A stretch of 64,000 nucleotides of DNA, taken from Thermoanaerobaculia bacterium. Its GTDB lineage: Bacteria; Acidobacteriota; Thermoanaerobaculia; Multivoradales; Multivoraceae. The notes under the pieces are model-generated. The model saw only the letters and a program-made list of their open reading frames with translations, was not told the DNA's origin and searched no databases. Positions 21,191 to 31,051 of the stretch are shown here, in pieces. The stretch's first letter is position 1, and every line of letters begins with the position of its first letter. The translations under genes were made by a program, and so were the position numbers. Location of the stretch: contig OY761158.1 in the NCBI GenBank assembly GCA_963664405.1, positions 2,240,001 to 2,304,000 of the forward strand, read 5' to 3'.

Positions 21191-22840
21191 ATGATCAATC
21201 TCCGAGGATGTGCCGTTCCGCTCTTTGTGGCATCCAGCCTGGCTGCAACGAGCGCCCGAGGACAGGAGATCGACCTCCCGGGAGTCTTCTCCGAGATCAT
21301 CGACGTACGGGTGGTCAATGTGGAGGTCGTGGTCACCGACAAGGACGGAATCCGCATTCACGGGCTTGGGCCCGACGACTTTCGACTCCTCGTCGACGGC
21401 CGGGACCAGTCGATCGACTACTTCACAGAGATCCTTGGAGGTGAGATCGCCGAACCCGAGGACGGTGTCCGCACCCTGCAAGCAGCGCCGGCTCTCGAGC
21501 CGGAAGGCCCGAGCACGAGCTATCTCGTCTTCATCGATGACTACTTTTCGATCGCCCGAGATCGCAACCGGGTTCTAGACGCCTTCAGCGAGGATCTGGA
21601 GTTCCTCGGACCACGAGATCGCATGGCAGTGGTCGCCTTCGACGGCAAGCGCCTCGACATGATCACCAGCTGGACCACAAACCATCGCGTCGTTCAAACC
21701 GCCCTACGACAGGCAACGACGAGGAAGACATTCGGGCTGCAGAGACTTGGAGAGAGGCGGCAGAGCGATTTCGACCGTGCGGACTTCGCCCGCTTCGGAC
21801 GCGGTAGATCGTCCGGTCTGAACCCGATGGAACGCTACTACGCCACCAGGCTGGCAACGCAGGTGGAGCGCGCCATCAACGCCGCCATCGCCACTCTGCG
21901 CAGCTTCGCCTCTCCACCCGGGCGAAAAGTGATGCTGCTCTTGAGCGGCGGCTGGCCGGTCTCTCCGGCGGAGTACGCGGCGGCCTCGCCGGGCGGCAGT
22001 TTCGACGCCGCCTTCAGGGCCGCCCAGGAACAGGGCATCCCCGCCTATCACCGTCTGTTGAGCCCGCTAACCGACACCGCCAATCTGCTCGGCTACACGG
22101 TCTACCCTATCGACGTTCCCGGTATGACCGCGACGATCGACGTCAGTGCGTCACGGCGGGCGCCTACCATCGGCGGAGGCATCTCCTCCGATCGCGAATA
22201 CGGCATCCACGACACCCTCAGGATCATCGCCGAACAGACCGGCGGCCGACCGCTGATCAATGCTCAGCGGATCCACGCCATTGAGACGGTCGCTGACGAT
22301 CTCCGCTCGTACTACTGGCTCGGCTTCAGCCTCGACCGGCAGGCCAACGACAGCCGCCACACAGTCGAGGTCGAAGTGCTGCGACCCGGCCTCAGAACCC
22401 GCTCGCGCGGGGGCTTCGTCGATCTCTCCCGCAGCAGTGAAGTAACGATGATGGTCGAGAGCTCACTGCTCTTCGGTAATCCGCCATCGAACCGCCCCCT
22501 CGAGATCCGTTTCGGCAACGCGAAGAAGGTGAAAAGAGGCATCGTCGAAGTCCCCATCGAGGTCGGTTTCCCACTCGATGAGGTCACGATGCTTCCCTTC
22601 GACGGCGGTTTCGCCGGTCAGGCCGAGGTCCGTGTAACAGTGATGGATAAGGACGGCAACCGCTCCGATACGTCGGTTCACGGCATCGACATTCGAGGCG
22701 ACCACGCGCCGGAGCCCGGCGAGATGTTCTGGTGGGAGTCTGGCCTTCTACTGCGACGCCGCAAGCACGAGATCGTAGTCGCTGTCCACGACCCGCTGAG
22801 CGGCATCATCTTTTCCAGCACGGTGGAGATCACGCCTTAG
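21191..22840 (+). CDS. VWA-domain protein (acidobacterial VWFA-related type)
   Basis: Signal peptide, VRVVNVEVVVTDKDG..GL..DDF, GRKVMLLLSGG, AEQTGG, YYWLGF. Confidence 0.85.
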   Translation: MINLRGCAVPLFVASSLAATSARGQEIDLPGVFSEIIDVRVVNVEVVVTDKDGIRIHGLGPDDFRLLVDGRDQSIDYFTEILGGEIAEPEDGVRTLQAAPALEPEGPSTSYLVFIDDYFSIARDRNRVLDAFSEDLEFLGPRDRMAVVAFDGKRLDMITSWTTNHRVVQTALRQATTRKTFGLQRLGERRQSDFDRADFARFGRGRSSGLNPMERYYATRLATQVERAINAAIATLRSFASPPGRKVMLLLSGGWPVSPAEYAAASPGGSFDAAFRAAQEQGIPAYHRLLSPLTDTANLLGYTVYPIDVPGMTATIDVSASRRAPTIGGGISSDREYGIHDTLRIIAEQTGGRPLINAQRIHAIETVADDLRSYYWLGFSLDRQANDSRHTVEVEVLRPGLRTRSRGGFVDLSRSSEVTMMVESSLLFGNPPSNRPLEIRFGNAKKVKRGIVEVPIEVGFPLDEVTMLPFDGGFAGQAEVRVTVMDKDGNRSDTSVHGIDIRGDHAPEPGEMFWWESGLLLRRRKHEIVVAVHDPLSGIIFSSTVEITP

Positions 22841-22926
22841 GCTCCAGAAATGATTGGTATCATTTCCTACGCCTAATTGCTCACGGCGCCGAGGACGGCG
22901 CACTCAGGCGTTGCTTCCTATTCGCT
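22837..22926. repeat. Mosaic repeat (40-bp palindrome A + hairpin B + segment C), interrupted by the IS
   Basis: Matches the reverse complement of 51448-51538 and 61046-61136 up to ...CCTATTCGCT. Confidence 0.8.
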
Positions 22927-22940
22927 GATATGGAACGACC

Positions 22941-23370
22941 TTTGTCAAGCACCCAACGCCGCCTTTCTTGTCTTCTTGTAGACGGTGGAGGGCGCGGGGG
23001 AAGCGAGTGGGCGATGGGCGTGGACCCAAGAGGTCGCTTCGACGACGAGTCACGCTGATATCCGCGGATTACCCTTCCGGGCAGAGCCGAATGACCGTGT
23101 TCCGTCGTGAGGTCGTGCACTCTTCGTTCGCGAATCCGGGAAAGGACTCCCTGTCGCATAGCGAAAGCGCGAATCCTCGGATCGTGCCTCCCGGGGTCCA
23201 GCCCATCCACCCACTCGAGTCTCTGTTGTTTACCTGCCTTCTTGCCCTTCGCGAGTCGCCCCGAGAGGTCGGTTCGGGGTCCAGGCTGTCGGAGCCATCC
23301 CGAAGGGACTTGGCCTGGAGGCCGAAGCGGCCTCTCGACAGAATTGACCAGGGCAAGAAGCGAATGCATG
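22941..23370 (-). ncRNA. Putative seek/bridge RNA in the IS 3' non-coding region
   Basis: Position expected for IS1111-type elements; contains TTCGCT (23165-23160) and CGAAG (23126-23122) matching the target halves, and ATATCAG (23061-23055) matching the IS end; boundaries uncertain. Confidence 0.55.
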
Positions 23371-24497
23371 TTAGTTCGTGCCGGTGCCTTCCTGCTGTCG
23401 AGGGTAGAGGTAAAGAACATCCACAGGAAGCCGACGAGCTCGCGAGCTATCGCAACGACAGCCTTGGGAGCCGGCTTGTTGGAGCCCAGTACGAAATGGA
23501 GATAGCGACGATGCAACCGAAGCTGCGCCTTGTCTGCCACAGTACAGACCTTCTGGGGTTGACCCTCGCGTCGTTTGCGTAGAGCACGACCCACAGCGGG
23601 CCGGTGTCGGTAGTGCCACGCGGCTTCGATCAAGATGCGACGCGCGTGAGCGTTGCCGGCCTTGGTGATCGGTCCCCGGTGCGTGCGATCCGCGCTCTCG
23701 TCGACCCGAGAGACCAAACCCAAGTACGCCATCAGCTTGCGAGGATCCGGAAACCGATCAAAGCCGTGTAGCTCGGTCACAAGGATCATCGCACTCACCG
23801 TGTCGATCCCCCGAAAACAGCGCAGCCATCCGACCGGTTCCCGATACGGCTCCTCAACGGAGATCTCCTCGATGCGCGTTTCCAAGCCTCGCATGCGCTG
23901 TTCCAAGAGCTCGATGGCCGACAGGTAGTCGTCGAAGACCGTCTGGCTCGCCTCGTGCTCGAATTCAAGAGAGCGCAGCCAAACTCGATGCCGCCGGGTC
24001 CAGTTGTTTCCCGACCGATAGACGAAACCCCGCCGCAACAGCATCTTCACCAGACGTTGACGGGCACGACGAAGATCCTCTACCGCATCCTCGCGACAGC
24101 GGCACAGATCCCGCACCGACTCCTCGCTCTCGCTCGGCGGATGCACCACCGTCAGCTGCCCACCGCGCTCCAAAGTCGCCAGCTTCCGGGCATCGCGGCG
24201 ATCCGTCTTGATCCGGTCTCCTGGCTTCACGGGTATCAACGACGGAGCGATCACCTCCGCCCGCACGCCTTCGGAAGAGAACTGACGCTGCAGCACATAC
24301 CCACACGGACCTGCCTCGTACACCACTCGCAGCTCCCCCTCCCCTTCACGCTTCAGGCGACGAGCCAGACGACGCACCGCTCGAGGCTCGTTCTTACAGC
24401 TCCACTCCAAAGGCTTCTCCACACCCGGCAGCAGAACGGCGATAGAAATCTCCTTCTTGTGTACGTCCAAACCCACGTATGTTGTAGCCTCACTCAT
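23371..24497 (-). CDS. IS110-family DEDD recombinase (about 375 aa; 1-nt deletion near 23421 causes read-through as assembled)
   Basis: GLDVHK, YEAGPCG, KTDRRDA, GLVSRVDES, GPITKAGN, VAIARELVGFLW; one extra G gives ...FLWDVLYLYPRQQEGTGTN*. Confidence 0.9.
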
Positions 24498-24695
24498 GAC
24501 CGGTTTCTCCCTTCCTTGCGGCTCTGGCGCGATTGCGACAACCCGCGATATCAGGTGGCTCTGCCACCCGGGTGATTAGATTCCCCGATTGTAGGACTCG
24601 AGGAACCGGTCGTTCCATATTGTCTTCGGGCGTCGTTGTCCTAGGCTCTGGTGTCGGGCTGAGCGGGTTCCAACCTAACGGCCTCGAGGAGAAAG

Positions 24696-25279
24696 ATGAC
24701 GAATCAAGCTCGGAAGCTCGTATGGCTTCGACCCCTGGTTGTCCTCACTGCGCTATCTGTTACGACAGCGGCTACCGCCGAGGAAGCTGAGAAGAGCGGC
24801 GGCGCGGGCCGCACGCACGACGAAGTGGCCCTGAGCTTCGAGGGTTACCGAGTCGTTGAGCTCAGTCCAAGAATCGTCGCCCGACTGCAAACGCTCGACG
24901 GCGAGATTCTGGAAGGGGCACCGGATCCCTACGGCTATCCATTGACTCTCAGGCAGGGCACCGCCCCCTACGACAACAGCACCCACACTCTGCTCGGCAA
25001 CCCCAAGGACAAAGAGTACCCGCACCCGATGCATCTTCATCTGGGGGCCCACACCGAAGCGGGCAAAGGTCATATCGGCCAGTTCGACGACCTTCCCGAC
25101 GACATGTTGGAGCTGTGGGAAATGCCGATAGACACCTTCTTCGGGCCAGCAGCCGTCTGCAACTTCGCGTTCTTGAAGCCGGTCGAGGGCACCTCGGCGA
25201 AGGGGAAGTCCGGGCTGCTGGGACAGGCCATTCTGCCCGAGCACTTCGCGCACGTTCGAGAGGGCGACATCGTTCTCCC
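24696..25279 (+). pseudogene. Cyclase/kynurenine-formamidase-like secreted protein, C-terminally truncated
   Basis: Signal peptide, VVELS, HLGAHTE, FFGPAAV, VREGDIVL, then abrupt loss of similarity. Confidence 0.6.
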
Positions 25280-25898
25280 GCGGATCAGAAGTGGGAGTTT
25301 GCGAGCGAACCGTGGTGTTGGTACGCAGCCAAACTGGGAATGAAAATGCTCGAGGTGGCCGACCTCGATCTCGAACAGCATCAGTGGTGCTTCAGCGAGG
25401 AATACACCTTCACACCCGAGCGCTTGATGGCAGGGCGGGATCTGGCCGGCTATTACTTCATGATCAAGGACGGAAAGATCAGCGGAGGCGCGGGAGTCCC
25501 GCAGGAGTGTCTCGATCTACCCGGGTTTCACGTCAAGGTCGCGTGGGGTCTCATCGCTCACCCCTCGTCTTTACTTCTACGGGAGGGAAGGTTCACGACA
25601 GCGGGGGATCGGCGCCAAACAGTTGTCACAAGATCTAGCCGCGGCGGGCAAAGGCAGACCCGAGATCGAGCCGAACCCGAGAAAAACCAATCGGGACGGG
25701 CCTGCTTGGCCTCCCGGCATAGGTGAGTCGCTATCGGTAGAGGCCGAAAACGGCGGTGGCCTCCACAATTTCACCGCTCTTCACCTCGAGCCCTCGCCCG
25801 AGGTCAAAGATCTCCCACAAACCGAATGGGGCGTAGCGGTCCTCACCGAAATGACCGAGCAACAGAAAGAAGACTTCTACAAGCTCATCGGCCGGTAG
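25280..25898 (+). pseudogene. Hypothetical gene lacking its start, with a +1 frameshift near 25570
   Basis: Coding-like frame ADQKWEFASEPW...AHPSS continues as YFYGREGSRQRG...FYKLIGR* if one T is removed from the run at 25570-25572. Confidence 0.5.
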
Positions 25899-25909
25899 AC
25901 GTCGCTCTT

Positions 25910-27496
25910 CTATAGGGAGGGGTGGCGCAGATGCCACTCCGTCGCGCTCTCGAAGGCGTTCCCGACCCGGCACAGAAGGCTCTCCGCGAGGGGGTGAGCA
26001 ACCAGCTGCAGACTCAGCGGCAAGCCGTCAGGCGAGGCGCCGCAGGGCAGCGAGAGAGTGGGATAACCGTTGTAGTCGAAGGGCAAGGTGAAGCGAGAGC
26101 TGGCCTGGAACCACGACAGAGGCACGCCGGAGACCGTTCCGCCGTCCAGATCGAGACCCTCGTACGCCCCCTCTGGATCATAGGTGAAGGCCTCGCTCGC
26201 CGCCGAGGGGCAGGCGAGAACGTCGACCCCCGCCAGCGCTGTGCGCACCGCCCCCACCACCTCGAGCCGGTGCAGGTGGGCCCGTGCATATTGGGCGCCG
26301 CTGACTGTAGAACCGAGCTCGAGCCAGTTACGGAAGGCCTCGCCGTAGTCGTCGGCACGGGAAGGGTAGGTGGCCTCGTGGGCCACCAGGGCCTCGGCAG
26401 CGCAAAGGGTCTGCCAGGCATCGAGCTGCTCTCGTGTCAGCTCCGGCATGTCGACATCGACGATCTCCGCCCCCAGATCGCCGAGCCGGGCCACCGCCGC
26501 ACGTACGGCCACGGCGTAATGAGGCGCCAGATCCGTAGTCGCATACGCATCGTCGTAGCCGATGCGAACACCTTCGATCCCGCGCTCCAGCTCAGCGACG
26601 AGATCCGGCACCCGATCGGACAGACTGGTCGAGTCATTCTCGTCCCTTCCGGCGATCACCTCGAGAACGGCAGCCGCATCTGCCACCCGTCTCGTCATCG
26701 GGCCGACGTGGTCGAGGGAAGGCGCGAGATCGAGAACACCGAATCGGCTCACCCTTCCCCAGGTGGGCTTGAGCCCGACGAGGCCATTGGCCGCCGAGGG
26801 GTACCGAATCGAGCCGCCGGTGTCGGTGCCAAGAGATGCGAAGCACAGCCCCGCAGCGGTAGCGACCCCCGGTCCGCTCGATGAGACTCCCGGCCAGAGG
26901 TCTTCACCCCAAGGGTTGCGCGGCACCTGGAACGAGCGCTGGTACCCGGACATCGCCCCTTCGGTGGTGTTCAGCTTTCCGAGTAGCACGGCGCCGGCAC
27001 CTTCGAGACGGGCAACGACGGTCGCGTCATGATCGGGTACATGACCGCGAAGCACGGCAAGCCCTCCCATCGTGGCTACGCCCTTGGTGAAGCAGAGGTC
27101 CTTGACCGCAATCGGTACGCCGTGTAGCGGACCCCGTGAGCGTCCGGCCTCGATCTCGACCTCGGCGCGTCGAGCCGACGCCATAGCGTGGTCGGCCATG
27201 ACGGTGGCGTAGGCGTGAAGCCGGGGGTCGAGCTCCTCGATGCGGGCGAGAAGAGACTCGGTGAGAGCGACCGGCGACACCTCGCCGGCACGCAGCTTCG
27301 CGCCCACCTCGACCAGGCTGAGATAGTGTAGATCGCTCATTTTTTCCTCTCCCTGTTCGGTTTGCGCCTCAGCTCCCTCGCGAATAACTGGAAGCGCCAC
27401 TCCGAGACCTGCTGCTAGGAATGCCCTGCGCGAAGAGAGCCACCGAGATTCGCGGCTGTCAGACGCATCGACTCCCCTGCCGTTCTTGTCTGCCAT
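25910..27496 (-). CDS. Amidase-signature family amidase with Tat-like leader
   Basis: GPLHGVPIAVKD, GVSSSG, GTDTGGSIRYP; SRRAFL leader; alternative start ATG 27340. Confidence 0.9.
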   Translation of the reverse strand: MADKNGRGVDASDSRESRWLSSRRAFLAAGLGVALPVIREGAEAQTEQGEEKMSDLHYLSLVEVGAKLRAGEVSPVALTESLLARIEELDPRLHAYATVMADHAMASARRAEVEIEAGRSRGPLHGVPIAVKDLCFTKGVATMGGLAVLRGHVPDHDATVVARLEGAGAVLLGKLNTTEGAMSGYQRSFQVPRNPWGEDLWPGVSSSGPGVATAAGLCFASLGTDTGGSIRYPSAANGLVGLKPTWGRVSRFGVLDLAPSLDHVGPMTRRVADAAAVLEVIAGRDENDSTSLSDRVPDLVAELERGIEGVRIGYDDAYATTDLAPHYAVAVRAAVARLGDLGAEIVDVDMPELTREQLDAWQTLCAAEALVAHEATYPSRADDYGEAFRNWLELGSTVSGAQYARAHLHRLEVVGAVRTALAGVDVLACPSAASEAFTYDPEGAYEGLDLDGGTVSGVPLSWFQASSRFTLPFDYNGYPTLSLPCGASPDGLPLSLQLVAHPLAESLLCRVGNAFESATEWHLRHPSL

Positions 27497-27543
27497 CACA
27501 TCCTCGGGATCGCGCCACACGTAGGCCTAGTAGACTCGATGGT

Positions 27544-30144
27544 ATGCCACCTCGCCTCTACCTCCCTAGCGCGCTCCTTCAGGCGTGCCGTCAATCCGCC
27601 CTGAGCACCGTCCACAGCGTGGCATTGATTCTGCTCTTCGCCTTGGTGCTACCCACCGAGGGCCTCGGGCAGGAGCGCGCTGGCGGCGGTCCAGAGTCGG
27701 CGCCGGCACCCCAGCCAGCGTCGAGGCAGGGTCCAAGAACGCAGGAACAGATCTCAGCAGAGATCCGAGCCCTGCCCCCGCGCTATCTGCAATGGGTGCA
27801 GAGCGTCCTCGGGCTGATCACCCAGGCGGAGCTCGACTACTTCCTCGACCTCGTCGGCGACTACCGCCGCGATGCCTTCATGGAAGCCTTCTGGCAACCT
27901 CGCGACCCTGTTCCGGCGACGCGGGAGAACGAGCTGCGCGCCCGCTGGCAGGAAAGTGTGTCGTCATCGAACGTCCGCGTGCCCTTTACCGATGCTCGCG
28001 CCATGCTCTATCTGCTCAACGGGGCGCCACAGGGATACAGCCTGCCCGACGGGCGTCCCGCCACGCGCTGTTTCAGTCGCACCGACGAGCTCGAGATCTG
28101 GTTTTACAGCGGAAGCGAGCGCCTCCAGAGGGAGTTCATCATCATTCTGCTCAAACGCGGCGCCCAGACGCCCTACGAGGCCTACAACCTGGGCGAGACG
28201 CTCCGCCCTCGCAAGCGTTCGGGTGCCCTTCCGACCAAAGACATCCGACTGCTTTGCGCTGACGAATACTTGCGTTATGCCTTGTCAGAGATCTCGCGCC
28301 CGGGAAACTACGAAGAGCTTCTCGAAACCGTCCTCAAGCCGCCGCTGCCATCCTCGGAGTGGCTCGCCAACTTCTCGGCGTCGACCACCGACCTGCCCAA
28401 AGACGCGGTCACCTTCCCGATGGTCGCCAAGCTCACCTTCCCGGAGCGCAACCAGAGCCGCACAGCGGTCCAAGTACTGGTCGAGATAACTCTCGAGGCA
28501 GCGCCGGGGAGGCGATTCGATGGTGAGCTCTTTCACAATTTTCTGGTCACCGGGGAGGTGATTCGGGACGGTCGCCTGTTCGAAAGCTTCAACTATCAGT
28601 TCGAGGGGCCGACGGAAGAGAGCACCACCAAGATCCCGCTCGGCTTCACGCGCTACCTGCGCCCGGGTCCGGCGGACCTCCGGGTGCTCGTACACGACGT
28701 CTACGGCAAGAGCTACTCCCGCCTCGCTCACGACTTCGAAGTGCCGAGCCCGGAAGGTCGACCCGAAGTCCGCCACGCGCAGCTGCAAGCCGGCACCGCC
28801 GCGGAACAGGAGGGTCCCTCGCTGCGACTCCTCCCACCCCCCGGCGCCACCCACGTCGGCATGTTGCGATTTCAGACCCGCGCGAGGGGCGAGTTCGACA
28901 AGGTCGCCTTCTTCGTCGACGACAAGCAGGTGATCAGCAAGAGACGACCACCCTACAGCGTCGAGCTCAACCTCGGCCAGGACGCTGCACCGCACCGCGT
29001 TCGCGTGGTGGGATTTTCGGGAACAACCGAGATCGCCAGTGACCAGGTGTGGCTCAACCAAGGCTCACAGCGTCTGCGTGTGCGCTTCATCGAGCCCCGC
29101 CCGGGCGGCATCTATCCCGGCAGTCTGACCGCTCGTATTGCGGTCGACACGCCTGACGGCACCCCTCCCGAGCGAGTCGAGATCTTTCTCAACGATGTCT
29201 CGATCGGAGTTCTGGAAGAAGGCCCTTACGTTCAGACAGTGCGTCTCGCCGACGACAACATCGCGGTCGTGCGGGCCGTCGCGACTCTCGCCGACGGTGT
29301 CAGCGCCGAGGATGCGGTGGTGGTCAACGCCGCCGGCTCGGTCGAGTCGGTCGAAGTCCGGTTGGTCGAGATCTACGCTCTGGTGGTCGACGAGAACGGG
29401 CAGCTCGTGACCGGCCTGGCGCAGGAGCAATTCACCGTTCTCGAAGACGGCGTCGCCCAGAGCTTGCGCTCCTTCGAAGAGACACGGGACGCCCCTCTCC
29501 AGCTGGCTCTCCTTCTCGACCGTTCTGCTTCGATGCAGCCTCATCTGGAGACCGTGGGCGAAGCCGCCTTCTCGGTGGCGACCAACGTCCTACAGGGAGA
29601 CGAAGACCGCATCTCGCTGATGTCCTTCGCCGACGACCTCTCGGTCGATGTGGCTCTGGGCTCCGACCTAGCGTTGATCGAGCGAGCGATGGCAGGCATG
29701 GTTGCGCGCGGTGGCACCGCTCTTTACGACGGCATCGTGCAGGCACTCGGTAGCTTCGATGGAGTGACCGGCGCGAAAGCTCTTCTCCTCTTCTCCGACG
29801 GCAACGACGAGGGAAGCAGCCTGAGCTTCGAGCAGAGCATCGCCGCAGCGAGCCGAGCCGGTGTCACCATCCACACCATCGGCTTGGCGGAGACCTACCC
29901 CGAAAAATCGGAGCGTCGGGTGCTCGAAGATCTGGCGGCGGAGACCGGCGGCCAAGCGCACTTCATCACCACCGTCGACCAGCTCGGCGAGCTCTACGAG
30001 GAGATCCTCGCCGAGCTCCGCACCCGCTACCTCCTCACCTTCCAGTCCGCAAGCCAAAAGCCCCCCGATCAGCCAAGAGAGCTGAAAGTCGAGGTGGACG
30101 CAAGGCGAGTCGAGGTCAGAGCACGCAAGAGCTACCGTCCGTAG
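27544..30144 (+). CDS. GWxTD-like domain + Ig-like + VWA domain protein
   Basis: FMEAFWQPRDP..ENE..TDARAMLYLLNGAP; PPYSVEL; MIDAS-like DRSASM, GGTALYD, FSDGND. Confidence 0.8.
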   Translation: MPPRLYLPSALLQACRQSALSTVHSVALILLFALVLPTEGLGQERAGGGPESAPAPQPASRQGPRTQEQISAEIRALPPRYLQWVQSVLGLITQAELDYFLDLVGDYRRDAFMEAFWQPRDPVPATRENELRARWQESVSSSNVRVPFTDARAMLYLLNGAPQGYSLPDGRPATRCFSRTDELEIWFYSGSERLQREFIIILLKRGAQTPYEAYNLGETLRPRKRSGALPTKDIRLLCADEYLRYALSEISRPGNYEELLETVLKPPLPSSEWLANFSASTTDLPKDAVTFPMVAKLTFPERNQSRTAVQVLVEITLEAAPGRRFDGELFHNFLVTGEVIRDGRLFESFNYQFEGPTEESTTKIPLGFTRYLRPGPADLRVLVHDVYGKSYSRLAHDFEVPSPEGRPEVRHAQLQAGTAAEQEGPSLRLLPPPGATHVGMLRFQTRARGEFDKVAFFVDDKQVISKRRPPYSVELNLGQDAAPHRVRVVGFSGTTEIASDQVWLNQGSQRLRVRFIEPRPGGIYPGSLTARIAVDTPDGTPPERVEIFLNDVSIGVLEEGPYVQTVRLADDNIAVVRAVATLADGVSAEDAVVVNAAGSVESVEVRLVEIYALVVDENGQLVTGLAQEQFTVLEDGVAQSLRSFEETRDAPLQLALLLDRSASMQPHLETVGEAAFSVATNVLQGDEDRISLMSFADDLSVDVALGSDLALIERAMAGMVARGGTALYDGIVQALGSFDGVTGAKALLLFSDGNDEGSSLSFEQSIAAASRAGVTIHTIGLAETYPEKSERRVLEDLAAETGGQAHFITTVDQLGELYEEILAELRTRYLLTFQSASQKPPDQPRELKVEVDARRVEVRARKSYRP

Positions 30145-30341
30145 CCTACGGAAGTGATTGCTATCACTTCCTCCGGCTACCACAACATGGCGCCGAGGAC
30201 GGCGCATCCGGACCCTCCGGCCGAAAGAGACGTCGTCGCTGGGGCCACCCCTAGGAGCGTGTCCGAGAATTCGGACAGGCGAGTAGTTCTTAGGGGGGGA
30301 TGGGCCGGAGAACGGGCCGTAGGCCCGTTTCCCGGGGCTAG
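30141..30341. repeat. Mosaic repeat: palindrome A (30141-30180), hairpin B, CTAGGAGCGTGTCC-type end
   Basis: GTAGCCTACGGAAGTGAT-TGCT-ATCACTTCCTCCGGCTAC; TGGCGCCGAGGACGGCGCA; the motif at 30251 is shared with 51407. Confidence 0.75.
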
Positions 30342-30952
30342 GGATCGTCGAGGTAGCGGAACTTGATGTTGCGGAAGGCGATTCGGCCCTGATTGTGCTG
30401 AAGGGCGATCATTCCCTTGCGGACGGGGTTCGGGTCGGTCCAGTTCACGAGCTCCTTGCCGTCGAGCGTGACCTCGAAATGCCCGCCGTGGGCGACCACG
30501 TGGAAGGAGCGCCATTCGGCACGCTCCTCCACTCCCTCCACCTTGACCCGCTGCACCAAGCTGCCGGTGGGAAAGGGGTTATCAGGTGGCGCGATGTTGA
30601 GCTCGTAAGTCTCGGTTTTGACATTGGCCGGAATTTTGGGAACGCGAAGGAAAACTCCGCTGTTGGTCCCCAAATCGGCAAGAAAGTCGAGCTTCAGCTC
30701 GAAGCTGTCGAACACCTCTTCGGTGATGAGAAAGCCCATCCCCCCCGAGTCGGAGACGATCGCGTCGTCTTCGATCTTCCACTCCGCGTCTCCGGCCACC
30801 GTCCAGCCATCGAGATCGCTGCCGTACCAGAGCATCAGCCACCCCTCTTCCCCATCTTCGAAGCTCAGCGAGTTCGGCCGCTGTGCGCCGGCCGCGGTGA
30901 CCGACAAGAAGACCACGAAAACCCAAAACAAAACCCTAACGCAGCTGCTCAT
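30338..30952 (-). CDS. DUF1080 / 3-keto-disaccharide hydrolase family protein
   Basis: Signal peptide, GW..L..G..LDGW, FELKLDF, NSGVFLR, TGSL, G-x-IALQH, FRNIK; SD before ATG 30952. Confidence 0.85.
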   Translation of the reverse strand: MSSCVRVLFWVFVVFLSVTAAGAQRPNSLSFEDGEEGWLMLWYGSDLDGWTVAGDAEWKIEDDAIVSDSGGMGFLITEEVFDSFELKLDFLADLGTNSGVFLRVPKIPANVKTETYELNIAPPDNPFPTGSLVQRVKVEGVEERAEWRSFHVVAHGGHFEVTLDGKELVNWTDPNPVRKGMIALQHNQGRIAFRNIKFRYLDDP

Positions 30953-31051
30953 GCCCGTCTCCCCTTCTGTCTCGAAGCTCATCGAGATTAGCATGCCGAG
31001 CCAGAGGGCGGCAGTCTCAGGGCCCCCATATACTCGGTACCAAGCTCGCCC

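Larger units (their letters stand above)
22925..24625 (-). mobile_element. IS110-family, IS1111-type insertion sequence
   Basis: Perfect 13-bp sub-terminal IRs ATATGGAACGACC (22928-22940) / GGTCGTTCCATAT (24608-24620); CT core at 22925-22926 and 24624-24625; DEDD transposase; long 3' non-coding region. Confidence 0.9.

Noticed and set aside
22881-23370. C-terminal extension of the 538-aa transposase ORF as a novel domain
   Set aside because: It results from one missing base near 23421 and reads through the non-coding region and beyond the IS end.
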